Shown: positions 38,385-49,594, counted from the first letter of the stretch. The stretch: DNA of 64,000 nt from a virus (IMGVR_UViG_2837734161_000001:17800-81799); one strand, 5' to 3'. Notes: generated from the sequence alone by a model not told the origin. Made by a program: numbers and translations.

Positions 38385-40619
38385 TTACATAAATTCTGAT
38401 TTCAACTGTACTCCAACAATGAAACGGGCTGACTTCGTCCGCTTCTTTCTGAATCCAGCTTTCTCTAATGCTGAATAGAAGTCGGCACTGTTTCTGGTGT
38501 ACTCACCCACATGCTGACAGTAATTTCTGTACTCGTCATAGAACTGTCCGGATGGTGCCATGTAGCTTGGATCCACTTCACAGCAGTCTGATAAGAACTG
38601 TCCCAGCCAGTCATTGGATTGACGGTACTCATCGATTGCATCCTGCACGACCTTTGGCAGTTTCCATTTGAAGTTGTCTGCGATTGCCTTCTGCGCTCCC
38701 TCAATGATCCAGGTCATGATGGCCGGTCCTGCATGCTCATACAGGTAGTCGGAGTAGTTCTTGATATCGCTCTTTCCGGTAATATGAGCGTTAAACGGGA
38801 TTACGATCAGCCTTCTCCAGATGCCATCGTCATTGGCACCCACTCTTGGCAGGTGGTTGGTATAAAGGACCAGCGTATGAGTCGGTATGAAATCGAACGG
38901 CTTTTCATACTTCTTCTCGGCCTGAATCGGATCAGTAGAACAAAGCTGTTTCACCATAGAGGTGTTCAGCCGCATCCCTTCTTCTGTTTCCGAAGCAATG
39001 ATGAGACGCTTGCCTTTCAGTTCTGCCATCTCTGGCTTCGCATTCCGCTTATTACCGACTGTCAGTACTTCTGCAGAGATCTTTCCACTGTAGGTTCCAA
39101 GCACTCTGGCTATCGTGTTCCAGAAGGTCGATTTACCATTTGCACCACTTCCGGCGCTAATGATGAGACTTTCCTGGTAGACTTTTCCGACTGCGGCCAT
39201 ACCGACTACCAGCTGAACGTAATCAATCAGCTCCTGATCGTTCTGGAAGAAAAGCTGCAGAGAGTCGTTCCAGATATCTACACCCTTATCTCCAGGAAAA
39301 CACTCGGTAATCTTGGTGATGAGATCCTCTGCTCGGTGTTCCCTAAGGCCCGCGACACCTTTCTCCAAGTCCACGGTTCCTTCTGGCGTATTCAGAAGAT
39401 TTGGATTCTGATCCAGCACATTAATGTCCCGATTCAGGAGTGCTTTCGATACAGAAAGCGCAGAACTGATATACTTCATGTCTCTCCGCTTCATGACAAA
39501 GGCATAGTAGTTATTGGCCTGCACGAACTGCATAAAGAGCTTCACCTGGTTCTTGTCATCCTGATCAATTCCCTTTTCTGCTGTCTTGCCGCCCTTCTTA
39601 ATCAGATTGATATCGGCCCCCGCCTTCTCAAGTGCCTCCAAGGCAGCCGACCTTTGATCAATTGCATCATGCAGCTGCAAATCCAGAAACTCGACTGTGG
39701 CCGCCACGGCTAACTGCTTATCCTCCACCCAGACTCTTCCATCAAACCGGAGAAAGTCAGTAGCATTGGTATAGATCAGTTCATTGCCATATTCACGAGT
39801 TAATACCTTGGCCTGTCCAATATCGGAATAGTCATCTGGCTTCAGAGAGTTTTCCGGATTATATTTGTCCGGCGGAATATAGCCAGGCTGCTTGGACACC
39901 TTGCCTGCAAACTTCTTCGCGCTGTGCCAGATCGTCTGAAGCTCGTCTTCTTCCAAAGGCGGATCACACTTGGCAGCTTCTTCCCGGAACACCTCCATGG
40001 CCTTTTCCGTATCGCCATAGCGGATCAGCACCCTTCCTGCGAAACGGCTGAGTGTGGAATTCCGGCTCCCTTCATGGATTATCCGTTCTGCACTATGCAG
40101 AGACAGGAAGTGATCAATTGTCATACTGCCTTCATGCCAGATTGGATCCTGACTTTCACTTCCATAGATGAAGCGTCCGGCATCCAGCGCATTGGGATCA
40201 AAGAACGAATATTCGTTCTGGATCTTCTCCTTTAATGCTTTATAGGCATCCGGATCATAAATTGTCTGGATTGGAAAGTAGACATGGAACTTCGGCCTTG
40301 CGGCTCTGCCATTCTTTTCCTTCATATGATGACGGGAAAACGTAATTGCATAGGCTACGTCCTCCAGTTCATCCGCCAGCATCTCCGGGCTGATCCAGTC
40401 TTCTGGATTATCCGATTCATCATTGTCACAATCCATGACTGCACATTCCGAAGCGATGAAGTTCTTACTATTCCTGTAATTGCCTTTATACTCTGCACAG
40501 ACATGATCGAACCGGACCGCGTCCTTCAAATCCTCTGCATTCTCTGTCTCCACCCGGTATGGATAGAGACAGTTCTTTTCGTTTCCGGTTACCGTTGATA
40601 CATAGAGAACTACTTTCAT
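38385..40619 (-). CDS. P4-family primase/helicase (PriCT + D5/SF3)
   Basis: MDCDN, EGSRNSTL, GSGANGKST, TNHLP, GIWRR. Confidence 0.93.
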   Translation of the reverse strand: MKVVLYVSTVTGNEKNCLYPYRVETENAEDLKDAVRFDHVCAEYKGNYRNSKNFIASECAVMDCDNDESDNPEDWISPEMLADELEDVAYAITFSRHHMKEKNGRAARPKFHVYFPIQTIYDPDAYKALKEKIQNEYSFFDPNALDAGRFIYGSESQDPIWHEGSMTIDHFLSLHSAERIIHEGSRNSTLSRFAGRVLIRYGDTEKAMEVFREEAAKCDPPLEEDELQTIWHSAKKFAGKVSKQPGYIPPDKYNPENSLKPDDYSDIGQAKVLTREYGNELIYTNATDFLRFDGRVWVEDKQLAVAATVEFLDLQLHDAIDQRSAALEALEKAGADINLIKKGGKTAEKGIDQDDKNQVKLFMQFVQANNYYAFVMKRRDMKYISSALSVSKALLNRDINVLDQNPNLLNTPEGTVDLEKGVAGLREHRAEDLITKITECFPGDKGVDIWNDSLQLFFQNDQELIDYVQLVVGMAAVGKVYQESLIISAGSGANGKSTFWNTIARVLGTYSGKISAEVLTVGNKRNAKPEMAELKGKRLIIASETEEGMRLNTSMVKQLCSTDPIQAEKKYEKPFDFIPTHTLVLYTNHLPRVGANDDGIWRRLIVIPFNAHITGKSDIKNYSDYLYEHAGPAIMTWIIEGAQKAIADNFKWKLPKVVQDAIDEYRQSNDWLGQFLSDCCEVDPSYMAPSGQFYDEYRNYCQHVGEYTRNSADFYSALEKAGFRKKRTKSARFIVGVQLKSEFM

Positions 40620-40951
40620 TACTCGTTCACCTCCGCAGCGCCATCGCAGAGTGTCTTCGATGCAAAGAGCAGTGCGGAAGTCAGATTCATGATTCCATCA
40701 TCGCCACTGACTGCAATCTCGACTCCTTTATTCATTCCGTGCTTATCCTTCAGCGGACGAATAAAGAGATCGGAATTATGGCTGTCACGGATGCAGACAA
40801 AGGCTCTGCCACCCTTATGGCGCTCACCGCCTTTGAATCCTGTGGTTCCGGCTGTCACAACCATGGAAGAACAATCTCCCTTTACCCTTCTTTCATAAAC
40901 ATTGAAGGCTCTCTGGTTTACCATGACCTGTTTCTTTTTGATTTCGTACAT
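40619..40951 (-). CDS. Hypothetical protein
   Basis: AGGAG RBS; AGTTGFKGG. Confidence 0.7.
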   Translation of the reverse strand: MYEIKKKQVMVNQRAFNVYERRVKGDCSSMVVTAGTTGFKGGERHKGGRAFVCIRDSHNSDLFIRPLKDKHGMNKGVEIAVSGDDGIMNLTSALLFASKTLCDGAAEVNE

Positions 40952-41000
40952 TCGTATCTCCTTTCCTGGAGCAGGCTTATCTCTCCTGCCCTCTGCCTTG

Positions 41001-41240
41001 TAACCGACACGAAGCCGCCTGTTTTGTATCTTCCTTATGAATAATTTTTAAGAAATGTTCTGGAGCACGCTTTCCTTATCTAAAGAGGAATCGAGCCTCC
41101 GAAAATTTTTTTTGATGGCTGGATACAAAATCAGCCCCTTTGTGTCGGATATCAGTTGCCGGGAGATGAGCAGACATAAAAAAGCCGCTGACAGGAAAAT
41201 TTCCTACCAGCGTACAAAAACAGCTCTCTTGTGTCGGTTA
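41001..41240. promoter_or_regulatory. Divergent control region with three class B promoter motifs
   Basis: TACAAAA-N11-GTGTCGG(T/A)TA at 41001-41028 (-), 41124-41151 (+), 41213-41240 (+). Confidence 0.75.
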
Positions 41241-41345
41241 AGAGGTGACAGAAAGGAAAGCCAATATGAATGAGCCAAGAGCAGATCCCATGACAACGAG
41301 CCTTTATGGCAGACAAGCATCAGACAAATATGGAGGTAATCAAAC

Positions 41346-41732
41346 ATGGATAAGAAAAATGAAATCTTAGCGGAGGCGCTGGATTCTATGTCCACGATCT
41401 TCGCTGAAGCGGCTAAGAAGCTCAAAGCAGTATCCGATTCGGAAGATAAGCCGAAGGCCAAAGAAAAGAAGGCCGCGGCTCCGGTGAAGAAGGAAGAGCC
41501 GATAACGTCAGCTCCCGTAAAAGCGGAAGAACCAAAGAAGGAAGCTGCTGAGCCAAAGCCGAAGGAATACACATTAGAAGAGGTCCGGGCAAAGCTTACG
41601 GAAGTAAAGCAGAAAGGCTTCGGTCCTCAGATCAAAGCAATCATCAATGCACATGGAGCGACCAACTTAACAAAGCTGGATCCTTCCGAGTATGCAGCCG
41701 TGGTCGCGGAAACGGAGGCTCTGCATGCCTGA
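41346..41732 (+). CDS. Conserved phage protein preceding DUF2800
   Basis: TLEEVRAKL...GATNLTKLDPSEY. Confidence 0.75.
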   Translation: MDKKNEILAEALDSMSTIFAEAAKKLKAVSDSEDKPKAKEKKAAAPVKKEEPITSAPVKAEEPKKEAAEPKPKEYTLEEVRAKLTEVKQKGFGPQIKAIINAHGATNLTKLDPSEYAAVVAETEALHA

Positions 41733-42852
41733 TGTACATGCTTATCTCTCCGCTTCCTCTTCTGCCCGCTGGACCAGGTGTCCGCCATCCGCAAAACTCT
41801 GTGCAAAAGCCGGTGACCTTTCCAGTCCGTATGCTAGACAGGGAACCGATGCTCACAGCTTATGTGAGTACCTTCTCTTGAAGGCGCTGCATCGGCAGGC
41901 ACGGGATCCAACCGAGGATCTGGAATTCTACGATCAGGAAATGCAGAACTGCGCCGAAGGATACAGAGACTTTGTGATGGAACAGATCGAAGAAGTGAAA
42001 GAACACTGCTCTGATCCTTATATCGGTGTTGAGCAGCGGCTGGATTTCTCCCGCTGGGTTCCAGAAGGATTTGGAACAGGTGACTGTGTCATCGTAGCAG
42101 ATGGAATCCTGCACATCGTGGATTTCAAGTACGGAGTCGGGATCCTGGTACCGGCAGAACACAACAGCCAGCTGAGCTGCTATGCCTTGGGAGCTTACGA
42201 TGCACTCGGTGATCTCTACGACATCGAGAAGGTCAAGCTTTCCATCTACCAGCCAAGACGGGAGCACATTGACACCTGGGAAACCAGTCTCTCTGATCTT
42301 CTGGATTGGGCAGACAACGTCCTCTCCCCTGCAGCGAAACTTGCCATAAAGGGTGAAGGAGAATTCCAGGCAGGTGATCATTGTCAGTTCTGTGCCGTTA
42401 AGGCTACGTGCCGGGCCAGAGCAGAATTCAACATGAAGCTTGCGGAGCACGAATTCAAACAGCCGGATCTTCTGGATGACGATGAGGTTGCGGAGATTCT
42501 GGGCCAGGCAGACAGCCTGATCTCGTGGGCTGGCGATGTGAAGGATTACGCATTAAGTCAGGCACTGGCTGGCAAGCACTACCCTGGCTTCAAAGTGGTC
42601 GAAGGCAGATCCACACGGAAGTACACCAATGATGAGAAGGTCGCGGAAACCGTGGAAGAAGCTGGCTTTGATCCATATGACAAGAAGCTCAAAGGCATCA
42701 CAGCGATGACCTCAGAGCTTGGAAAGAAACGATTCAACGAACTATTAGGCGGTCTTATCTACAAGCCGCCGGGCAAACCGGTATTAGTCCGTGACAGCGA
42801 CAAGCGTCCGGAATTCCATACCGAGGTTAATGATTTTAAGGAGGACGAATAA
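41725..42852 (+). CDS. DUF2800 (Cas4-like PD-(D/E)XK) nuclease
   Basis: HAYLSASS..RW..CPPS, GFGTGD, DFKYG, HCQFC. Confidence 0.88.
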   Translation: MPDVHAYLSASSSARWTRCPPSAKLCAKAGDLSSPYARQGTDAHSLCEYLLLKALHRQARDPTEDLEFYDQEMQNCAEGYRDFVMEQIEEVKEHCSDPYIGVEQRLDFSRWVPEGFGTGDCVIVADGILHIVDFKYGVGILVPAEHNSQLSCYALGAYDALGDLYDIEKVKLSIYQPRREHIDTWETSLSDLLDWADNVLSPAAKLAIKGEGEFQAGDHCQFCAVKATCRARAEFNMKLAEHEFKQPDLLDDDEVAEILGQADSLISWAGDVKDYALSQALAGKHYPGFKVVEGRSTRKYTNDEKVAETVEEAGFDPYDKKLKGITAMTSELGKKRFNELLGGLIYKPPGKPVLVRDSDKRPEFHTEVNDFKEDE

Positions 42853-42855
42853 GTC

Positions 42856-43422
42856 ATGAACACACCGACAAAAGTTATCACTGGAAAAAACACTCGCTTC
42901 AGCTATCTCAATGTCAATGAGCCGAAGGCTATCAATGGCGGAACACCGAAGTTCTCCGTCAGTCTGATCATTCCGAAGTCTGACAAGGTAACAATTGCCA
43001 AGATCAACAAGGCAATCAAGGCCGCCTATGAGGAAGGTCAGAACAAGCTGCGTGGAAACGGCAAGTCTGCTCCGTCCCTGGATGTGATCAAAAAGCCGTT
43101 GAGAGATGGCGACAAGGAAAGAGCGGACGATGAAGCCTACAAGGATGCTTACTTCATCAATGCAAACTCCACCACCAAGCCGGGTGTCGTGGATGCAAAC
43201 AACAATATCATCATGGATACTTCCGAGCTCTACTCCGGCATCTATGGCCGTGCTTCCATCAACTTCTACGCCTTCAATACCAATGGTAACAAGGGTATCG
43301 CCTGCGGTCTGAATGCCCTGCAGAAGCTGAGAGATGGAGAACCTCTGGGCGGTCACATCAATGCCGAGACCGAATTCGCCGGTCTTGACGATGATGACAG
43401 TGACGATGACTTCCTCGATTAA
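42856..43422 (+). CDS. DUF2815 single-stranded DNA-binding protein
   Basis: PLRDGD, YSGIY, GIACGLN, acidic tail. Confidence 0.88.
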   Translation: MNTPTKVITGKNTRFSYLNVNEPKAINGGTPKFSVSLIIPKSDKVTIAKINKAIKAAYEEGQNKLRGNGKSAPSLDVIKKPLRDGDKERADDEAYKDAYFINANSTTKPGVVDANNNIIMDTSELYSGIYGRASINFYAFNTNGNKGIACGLNALQKLRDGEPLGGHINAETEFAGLDDDDSDDDFLD

Positions 43423-43436
43423 GGGAGGTGGTCACT

Positions 43437-43604
43437 ATGTTTTGGAACTTCATTGATGCTGCGATGAAAGCTCTGATCTGTGGCTGTATCGGCGGATGTT
43501 GTCTGATGGTAGTTGGCTACGGCTGGTACATTCTCATCCGTTCCGTATGGCGGCTGATCAAGAAACTGATCAAATACATCAGAAGCGGAAACTTTATGAA
43601 ATGA
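43437..43604 (+). CDS. 55-aa membrane protein (not in ORF track)
   Basis: GGAGGT RBS; hydrophobic segment and basic tail. Confidence 0.55.
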   Translation: MFWNFIDAAMKALICGCIGGCCLMVVGYGWYILIRSVWRLIKKLIKYIRSGNFMK

Positions 43605-43645
43605 ACGGTAAGGGTGGCAGGTGATCCTGCTGCCCTTCTTTCTTT

Positions 43646-45640
43646 ATGGAGGTATTTATGAAATCACTCTCTATAGACATCGAGACATACTGTGAGGCCA
43701 ATCTTGCCAAGACTGGTGTGTACCGGTATGCAGAAGACAACTCGTTCCAGATTCTGCTCTTCGGTGTATCTGTGGATGAGAATCCGGTTAAAACTTATGA
43801 TGTGGCATGTGGTGAGAAGATCCCGGATGAACTGCTGGAAGCACTGGTATCCAAAGACGTGATCAAGTATGCATTCAACGCATCCTTTGAGCGCATCTGC
43901 TTATCCGTCTATCTGAGAAAGCACTATCCTGTTTTGTTTGAATCCTATGGAGATCCGAAGGACTCGATTCATGGATATCTGGATCCGGTCAGCTGGAGAT
44001 GCGATATGGTGCTGGCAGCATACAACGGCCTCCCTCTCTCTCTTGCCGGAGTCGGATCAGTCCTTGGCTTTGAAAAGCAGAAGCTCTCCGAAGGAAAAGA
44101 CCTGGTCCGCTACTTCTCTACTCCCTGCAAGCCAACCAAGACGAATGGCATGCGGACCAGAAACCTTCCAACGGATGATCCAGCCAAATGGGAGCAATTC
44201 AAAAAATACAATATCCGGGATGTTGAGGTGCAGCTTCAGATCCACGAGCGTCTGAAGAAATATCCAGTTCCGGACTCTGTGTGGAATGAATATTTTATTG
44301 ATCAGAAGATCAATGACCGTGGCGTGCAGATCGATCAGACACTTGTGAAAGAGGCAATTGAGATGGATGCACTGACCAAGGAATCTCTGACCGCTCGGAT
44401 GAAGGAACTGACTGGCCTTGAGAATCCTAACTCCGTCCAGCAGTTAAAAGACTGGCTGTGTGCTAACAGCATACAAACCGACTCTCTTGGAAAGAAGGAC
44501 GTAAAGGCACTGATTGGCACCACGTCCGGTACCGTCAAAGAAGTGCTAAAGCTTCGGCTTCAGCTTGCCAAGAGCAGCGTGAAGAAATACGAAGCCATGC
44601 GCACTTCCATGTGTCCGGATGGCCGCTGCCGTGGTCTCTTTCAATTCTATGGAGCCAACCGCACTGGCCGCTGGGCCGGGAGATTGATCCAGTTACAGAA
44701 CCTTTATCGAAACAGTATGCCGGATCTCGACATTGCCAGAAACATCGTGAAATCTGGAGACTACGACTGGCTCTCTCTTATTTATGATGATGTTCCGGAT
44801 GTTCTGGCTCAGCTGATCCGAACCGCACTGGTTCCAAAGTCCGGATACAAATTTGTCGTATCCGATTTCAGCAGCATCGAGGCCCGCGTTCTTGCCTACC
44901 TGGCTGGCGAGACATGGAAAACAGATGCCTTTGCCAGAGGTGAAGATATCTACTGCTCCACTGCAAGCCGAATGTTTGGCGTTCCGGTTGTAAAGCACGG
45001 AATCAACGACGAGCTCCGCCAGAAAGGTAAGATCGCAGAATTAGCCTGTGGCTACGGAGGCTCAGTCGGTGCGCTGACCGCAATGGGAGCCTTGGAGATG
45101 GGCCTTAAGGAAGAAGAACTGCAGCCGATTGTAAACTCGTGGCGCGAGTCCAACAGCGGCATCGTGCAGTACTGGTGGGACACCGATAAGGCAGTCAAAG
45201 ACGCCATCCGCCATCACCTTCCTACTCATGTCGGCAATGTGGAATTCTTCTGGTCCCACAATATGCTGTTCATCCATCTTCCTTCCGGAAGACGGCTCTC
45301 CTACGTAAAGCCAAGGATTGAAGCAAACAAATTCGGTGGCGAGTCCATCACCTACATGGGTTTGAATGGTCAGAAGAAATGGACAAGGATTGAAAGCTAT
45401 GGCCCGAAGATCGTAGAAAATGTGGTGCAGGCGATTGCCCGCGATATCCTGTGCAACAGCATGAAGAACTTGAAAGATTTTTATATTGTCGGGCATGTGC
45501 ACGATGAGCTGATCATCGAAGTGCCAGAAGATATGAAGATGCAGCCGATCTGCGACACCATGGGCCGTGCTCCAGATTGGATGCCAGACATCCAACTCCG
45601 CGCAGATGGCTACGAGTGTTCATACTATATGAAAGACTGA
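43646..45640 (+). CDS. Family A DNA polymerase
   Basis: DIETY exonuclease, RTGRWAGR, SDFSSIEARVLA, HVHDELI. Confidence 0.93.
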   Translation: MEVFMKSLSIDIETYCEANLAKTGVYRYAEDNSFQILLFGVSVDENPVKTYDVACGEKIPDELLEALVSKDVIKYAFNASFERICLSVYLRKHYPVLFESYGDPKDSIHGYLDPVSWRCDMVLAAYNGLPLSLAGVGSVLGFEKQKLSEGKDLVRYFSTPCKPTKTNGMRTRNLPTDDPAKWEQFKKYNIRDVEVQLQIHERLKKYPVPDSVWNEYFIDQKINDRGVQIDQTLVKEAIEMDALTKESLTARMKELTGLENPNSVQQLKDWLCANSIQTDSLGKKDVKALIGTTSGTVKEVLKLRLQLAKSSVKKYEAMRTSMCPDGRCRGLFQFYGANRTGRWAGRLIQLQNLYRNSMPDLDIARNIVKSGDYDWLSLIYDDVPDVLAQLIRTALVPKSGYKFVVSDFSSIEARVLAYLAGETWKTDAFARGEDIYCSTASRMFGVPVVKHGINDELRQKGKIAELACGYGGSVGALTAMGALEMGLKEEELQPIVNSWRESNSGIVQYWWDTDKAVKDAIRHHLPTHVGNVEFFWSHNMLFIHLPSGRRLSYVKPRIEANKFGGESITYMGLNGQKKWTRIESYGPKIVENVVQAIARDILCNSMKNLKDFYIVGHVHDELIIEVPEDMKMQPICDTMGRAPDWMPDIQLRADGYECSYYMKD

Positions 45641-45685
45641 AAACAGCAGTGGGTGATGAGCCTGCTGCCGTTTTCACATAAGCCA

Positions 45686-45707
45686 ATATATATATATATA
45701 TATATAT
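45686..45707. repeat. (AT)11 microsatellite
   Basis: Direct read; lies between convergent pol and gmrSD stops. Confidence 0.9.
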
Positions 45708-45712
45708 TTCAC

Positions 45713-47557
45713 TTACCATTTGTACATATCAAGAAGAATCTTAACTAACATGTCCGTCCGATCTTTAATCTTATCAACAGTCCATTTGTCTTCGTTTACA
45801 ACAGACTGATTCAGGAATAAACCATTTCTGTAACCAATATATTTTGTTTTGTCTTTTGACTTCCTATCCCTTTTTTGCTCAAATGGCATATTAGACAGAT
45901 TCTGGTTATATCCTGTGATAGTCAGATTTCCAAGTGTATGGACATAGTCGAGCAAATACTGCTTTGCCAATTCTTTATCTCCATCGGCAATCATATCTAC
46001 CCATGCCTGCGGAATATTATCTCCTTCCGGGAAGATATGTTCTATTGTCCATACATACTTATTGCTATTATCTCTTGACCACAAGTCAGAATATATTTCT
46101 TTTGTTTGATGCTGCGCTTCAATGCTGCATAGCAGAAATCTTGTTGCTTCCGGATTTTCATCATAAATGGAGCCACGCAACTTACTTTCAAACAAGTCAT
46201 CAGGCGCAGATACAGACTTCAGCTTATTCTGTATTATGTTCACAACTTCTTTGCCCTGAGAAGACTTGCTGTCTGCAATCGTATCAATGAAAAGCTGTGT
46301 CAATTTACGGGTGTTCGGCACATCTGTTACATTACGTCTTACAAAGAAAGTAATTAAAACGTGAATAATCTCATTGATATTATCATCAGATAATCCCATC
46401 TCTTTCTGATTGGAAATTATATACAGCAACAAAATATATGATGGAGCTCCGGAAATCCTTTCAAGGTCCTGAAGGGCTGGACTATATAGCTTTGTTTCAT
46501 CAGCATTATTTGTAATAAGTGAGTATACCTTGGATTTATCCAATAGGTCATTTAACAGCCTTTTATAGTCACTTTTTATCATCTTCTCATAAATATCAAG
46601 AAGCGTTGTCCTAGTAGCCAGGTATCCTAAATAATATTTTTTATCAGAGCTCTCGTATGGCTTGTTCAATTCTTCTCTGAATGCATTGTAATATTGGCGG
46701 AAAAACCTTTCTTCAACAGCATAATCATCCTGCCCTACATTATTCAGAATCTGTTTCCAAATTTCATAGCTATTGTCTGCATCATCTTCATTGGCCGCCT
46801 GAGAAATCAATGTGTTTTTAATCAGATCAAGTGCCGAAAGCGGTACACCACGATGATTTAAGGATTCAAAGAGCATGTATGCATCCTGATTAGTATCGAC
46901 TTCAATTTTCACTAGGACTGCATGTTCAAATCTCCGAACGATACCGAAAAGGATACCTACTTCACTCGCACTAGGCTTTTCTTCCTTAATTTCATTTACT
47001 TCTTCATCAATGAGCTTTCCAAAATGACGGTATGCTTTTGCAATTTTTCTCAATCCAAAATAGTTAGGCTTAGCAACCTGGGCGCTTATTATTTGTTTAT
47101 TGGAAAGCAGATAGGAGAAATCCTCCTCGTTTGAATTCTGTTTTTGCAGGATAAGCCTTTGTAAATATTCTGTTGTCTTTTTACCATCCGAAGAATACAT
47201 CTGCTTCTTAATGGCCAATTCACTTTTCAGATTTACAAGATCAGTAAGCTCATCAAAGTCCATCTGGTCCTTAAGATGATAAAGTTTTTCATAAAGTGCA
47301 GTTAGCAAAAGAATAATTGTAGTAAACCGTTGCTGACCATCTATAAGTTCGAGTTCATTTGGTTTTGAGCCATCATCCACACATATGTATGAGCCAAGGA
47401 AATAACCAAGATCATTATCTGTAACATCATTGAAGATAGCGTCCCATTCTCCTGTTCCCCAGGTGTATTCCCTTTGGTACTTTGGAATTCTAAAAACCGT
47501 TGAATCATTAATGGAAAATATCTCCGCAACTGTTGGATGCGCTACAGTCTTAATCAT
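45713..47557 (-). CDS. GmrSD-like (DUF262 + DUF1524) type IV restriction protein
   Basis: YQREYTW, IDGQQR, FESLNHRG, EHIFP, LGNLTI. Confidence 0.88.
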   Translation of the reverse strand: MIKTVAHPTVAEIFSINDSTVFRIPKYQREYTWGTGEWDAIFNDVTDNDLGYFLGSYICVDDGSKPNELELIDGQQRFTTIILLLTALYEKLYHLKDQMDFDELTDLVNLKSELAIKKQMYSSDGKKTTEYLQRLILQKQNSNEEDFSYLLSNKQIISAQVAKPNYFGLRKIAKAYRHFGKLIDEEVNEIKEEKPSASEVGILFGIVRRFEHAVLVKIEVDTNQDAYMLFESLNHRGVPLSALDLIKNTLISQAANEDDADNSYEIWKQILNNVGQDDYAVEERFFRQYYNAFREELNKPYESSDKKYYLGYLATRTTLLDIYEKMIKSDYKRLLNDLLDKSKVYSLITNNADETKLYSPALQDLERISGAPSYILLLYIISNQKEMGLSDDNINEIIHVLITFFVRRNVTDVPNTRKLTQLFIDTIADSKSSQGKEVVNIIQNKLKSVSAPDDLFESKLRGSIYDENPEATRFLLCSIEAQHQTKEIYSDLWSRDNSNKYVWTIEHIFPEGDNIPQAWVDMIADGDKELAKQYLLDYVHTLGNLTITGYNQNLSNMPFEQKRDRKSKDKTKYIGYRNGLFLNQSVVNEDKWTVDKIKDRTDMLVKILLDMYKW

Positions 47558-48097
47558 TTGGTATTTCCTCCTTTCTCAGTATCTACCATCTTTTGATACA
47601 TCTTCATCAACTCGGCAACGCAGTCTGCTTCTGAGGTATCTTTAACAGAAAAGCCGTATGCATTCATAACTGCACGATCGTTATTTTGATGTGCCTTTAC
47701 TAATTCAGGATACAAGTACATCTGTTTTCCGTACATATCAGCCAGTGTTTTATCAGGATAAAGTTTTCTAGCATCAAGAATTCCCTTAGCTGTTTTTGAA
47801 ATTAATTCAGTCATCTCTTGTGTTTGTGGTGGCATCGGAAAATTATAGTAAACAGATGGAGCATATCTATAATCAGCCTTCAATCTACCGCAAACAGTTC
47901 TCATCCATGCATTATGAACATTTGATGATAAAATACCAAATTCATAAAGTGTTGCATGATCCACAAGAACAACCGCATCACTTGAAATAATATTTGGAGA
48001 CATAAACCCCATTGGGATATATCTTCTTTCACCAGAAGAATGCCTTGGAATCAAAATATAGTCTGTTGTTGGATGCCGATTTTGCGTAAAAAGCCAA
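47554..48097 (-). pseudogene. 3' part (target-recognition region) of MmeI-like type IIL R-M gene
   Basis: IPRHSSGERRYIPMGF, HNAWMRTVCGRLKADYRY; joins in frame to 56011-58319. Confidence 0.9.
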
Positions 48098-48289
48098 GGT
48101 GTATCAGCAATGTCATTAAGTTAGGGCTTGATGATTGAAACGCTTTGTATTTTGTAAGAATACAAGGCGTTTTTTTTGATGGCCAAAAGGGGCCGTATTT
48201 TTTTGGATGATTTTCTAAAAAACACTTGACAGCCAAAAATCAGCCTTTTTTACACAATCCGAAGGAAATTGTAGGAGGAAAAATTCACT

Positions 48290-49594
48290 ATGATTTCCAT
48301 TGATTCTGTTAAGTGCGTAGATGACATTTTAGCCAAGGCCATTGATATGGTCGAGCAAAATATAAGCTGCTATTGTACGCAGCCAGGTGTTGACTTCACT
48401 CGGATACGTGCACTGCCCGCTGGTATTCTGATTCGCTTCCTTATCCAGAAACAGGCCAAGGCATTAAACCAGGAACTCTCTGATTTCTTTGTTTCCAAAG
48501 TCCCGCCGTCTGCTTCAGCTTTCTGCCAGCAGCGTTCAAAGCTCGATCCCGAAGCTCTTGAAAGAGTAATGCACTTAATGACTGAAAACATTCCTGGAAC
48601 CAGATTCTTCAAAGGCTATCGTGTATTCGCTTGTGATGGATCAGATGTACGTATCCCTTATAACCCTGATGATCCAGAGACATTTCTGAAGAATGATGAG
48701 AACAGCCAGGGCTATAATCAGCTTCATCTCAATGCTCTGTATGACGTTCTGAATCGCGTATATACAGACGCTATGATAGATACGAAACAGAAGTCTCATG
48801 AGAAAGGCGCTCTGCTTGATATGCTTAAAGCCCATGATCTGCCAGCCAAAACGATTATTACTGCTGACCGCGGCTACGAAAGCTATGAGCTGCTTGCCTA
48901 TATGCTTGAAAACAGCATTCACTTCGCCATTCGTATAAAGGATATATTCAGCAGCGGGATCTTATCTGCCATTGATCTGCCAGATGAAGAATTCGATCGA
49001 GATATCACTCGTATATTGACAAGAAGCCAGACGAAAGAGATCAAGCAAAACAAGCAGAAATACGTATTCCTGCCATCAAACGTAAATTTCAGTTATCTGG
49101 ATTTTGATCATCCGTTCTACAATATGACTTTCCGTGTCATCCGTTTCAAAATCACGGATGGTACTTATGAGTGCCTGGTTACGAATCTGCCCAAAGATGA
49201 ATTTTCCATCACTGAGCTTAAGGAACTTTACCATATGCGCTGGGAGATTGAAGGTGCATTCCGCCACTTGAAATACGATACAAACATGGTTTACTTCAAT
49301 TCAGTCAAGCAGAAAAACGCAAGACAGGAAATCTATGCCGCTCTCATCATGTACAACTACACCCAGCTTCTGATCAATGCTGTGCCGGTAGAAAAGGATG
49401 GCAGAAAATGGACGTATCAGATTGCTTTTAAACCTGCCGTTACGAATGCGCGATTATTCCTGAAGAAGCTTATTACGACAAAAGCATTCATAGACAGAAT
49501 AAAAAACTTCCTGAGTCCCGTACGACCAGGAAGAAAGTTCAAGCGCAATATAAAGTCACAACCAGCAAGACTGTCACTCTATAGAGCTGCCTAA
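48290..49594 (+). CDS. IS4-family DDE transposase
   Basis: SAFCQQR, ACDGS, ADRGY, YHMRWEIEGAFRHLK (YREK). Confidence 0.93.
   Translation: MISIDSVKCVDDILAKAIDMVEQNISCYCTQPGVDFTRIRALPAGILIRFLIQKQAKALNQELSDFFVSKVPPSASAFCQQRSKLDPEALERVMHLMTENIPGTRFFKGYRVFACDGSDVRIPYNPDDPETFLKNDENSQGYNQLHLNALYDVLNRVYTDAMIDTKQKSHEKGALLDMLKAHDLPAKTIITADRGYESYELLAYMLENSIHFAIRIKDIFSSGILSAIDLPDEEFDRDITRILTRSQTKEIKQNKQKYVFLPSNVNFSYLDFDHPFYNMTFRVIRFKITDGTYECLVTNLPKDEFSITELKELYHMRWEIEGAFRHLKYDTNMVYFNSVKQKNARQEIYAALIMYNYTQLLINAVPVEKDGRKWTYQIAFKPAVTNARLFLKKLITTKAFIDRIKNFLSPVRPGRKFKRNIKSQPARLSLYRAA

Noticed and set aside
38619-39713. 364-aa plus-strand ORF, and similar ones at 13538-14338 and 19669-20436
   Set aside because: Antisense to well-supported genes; composition typical of shadow frames
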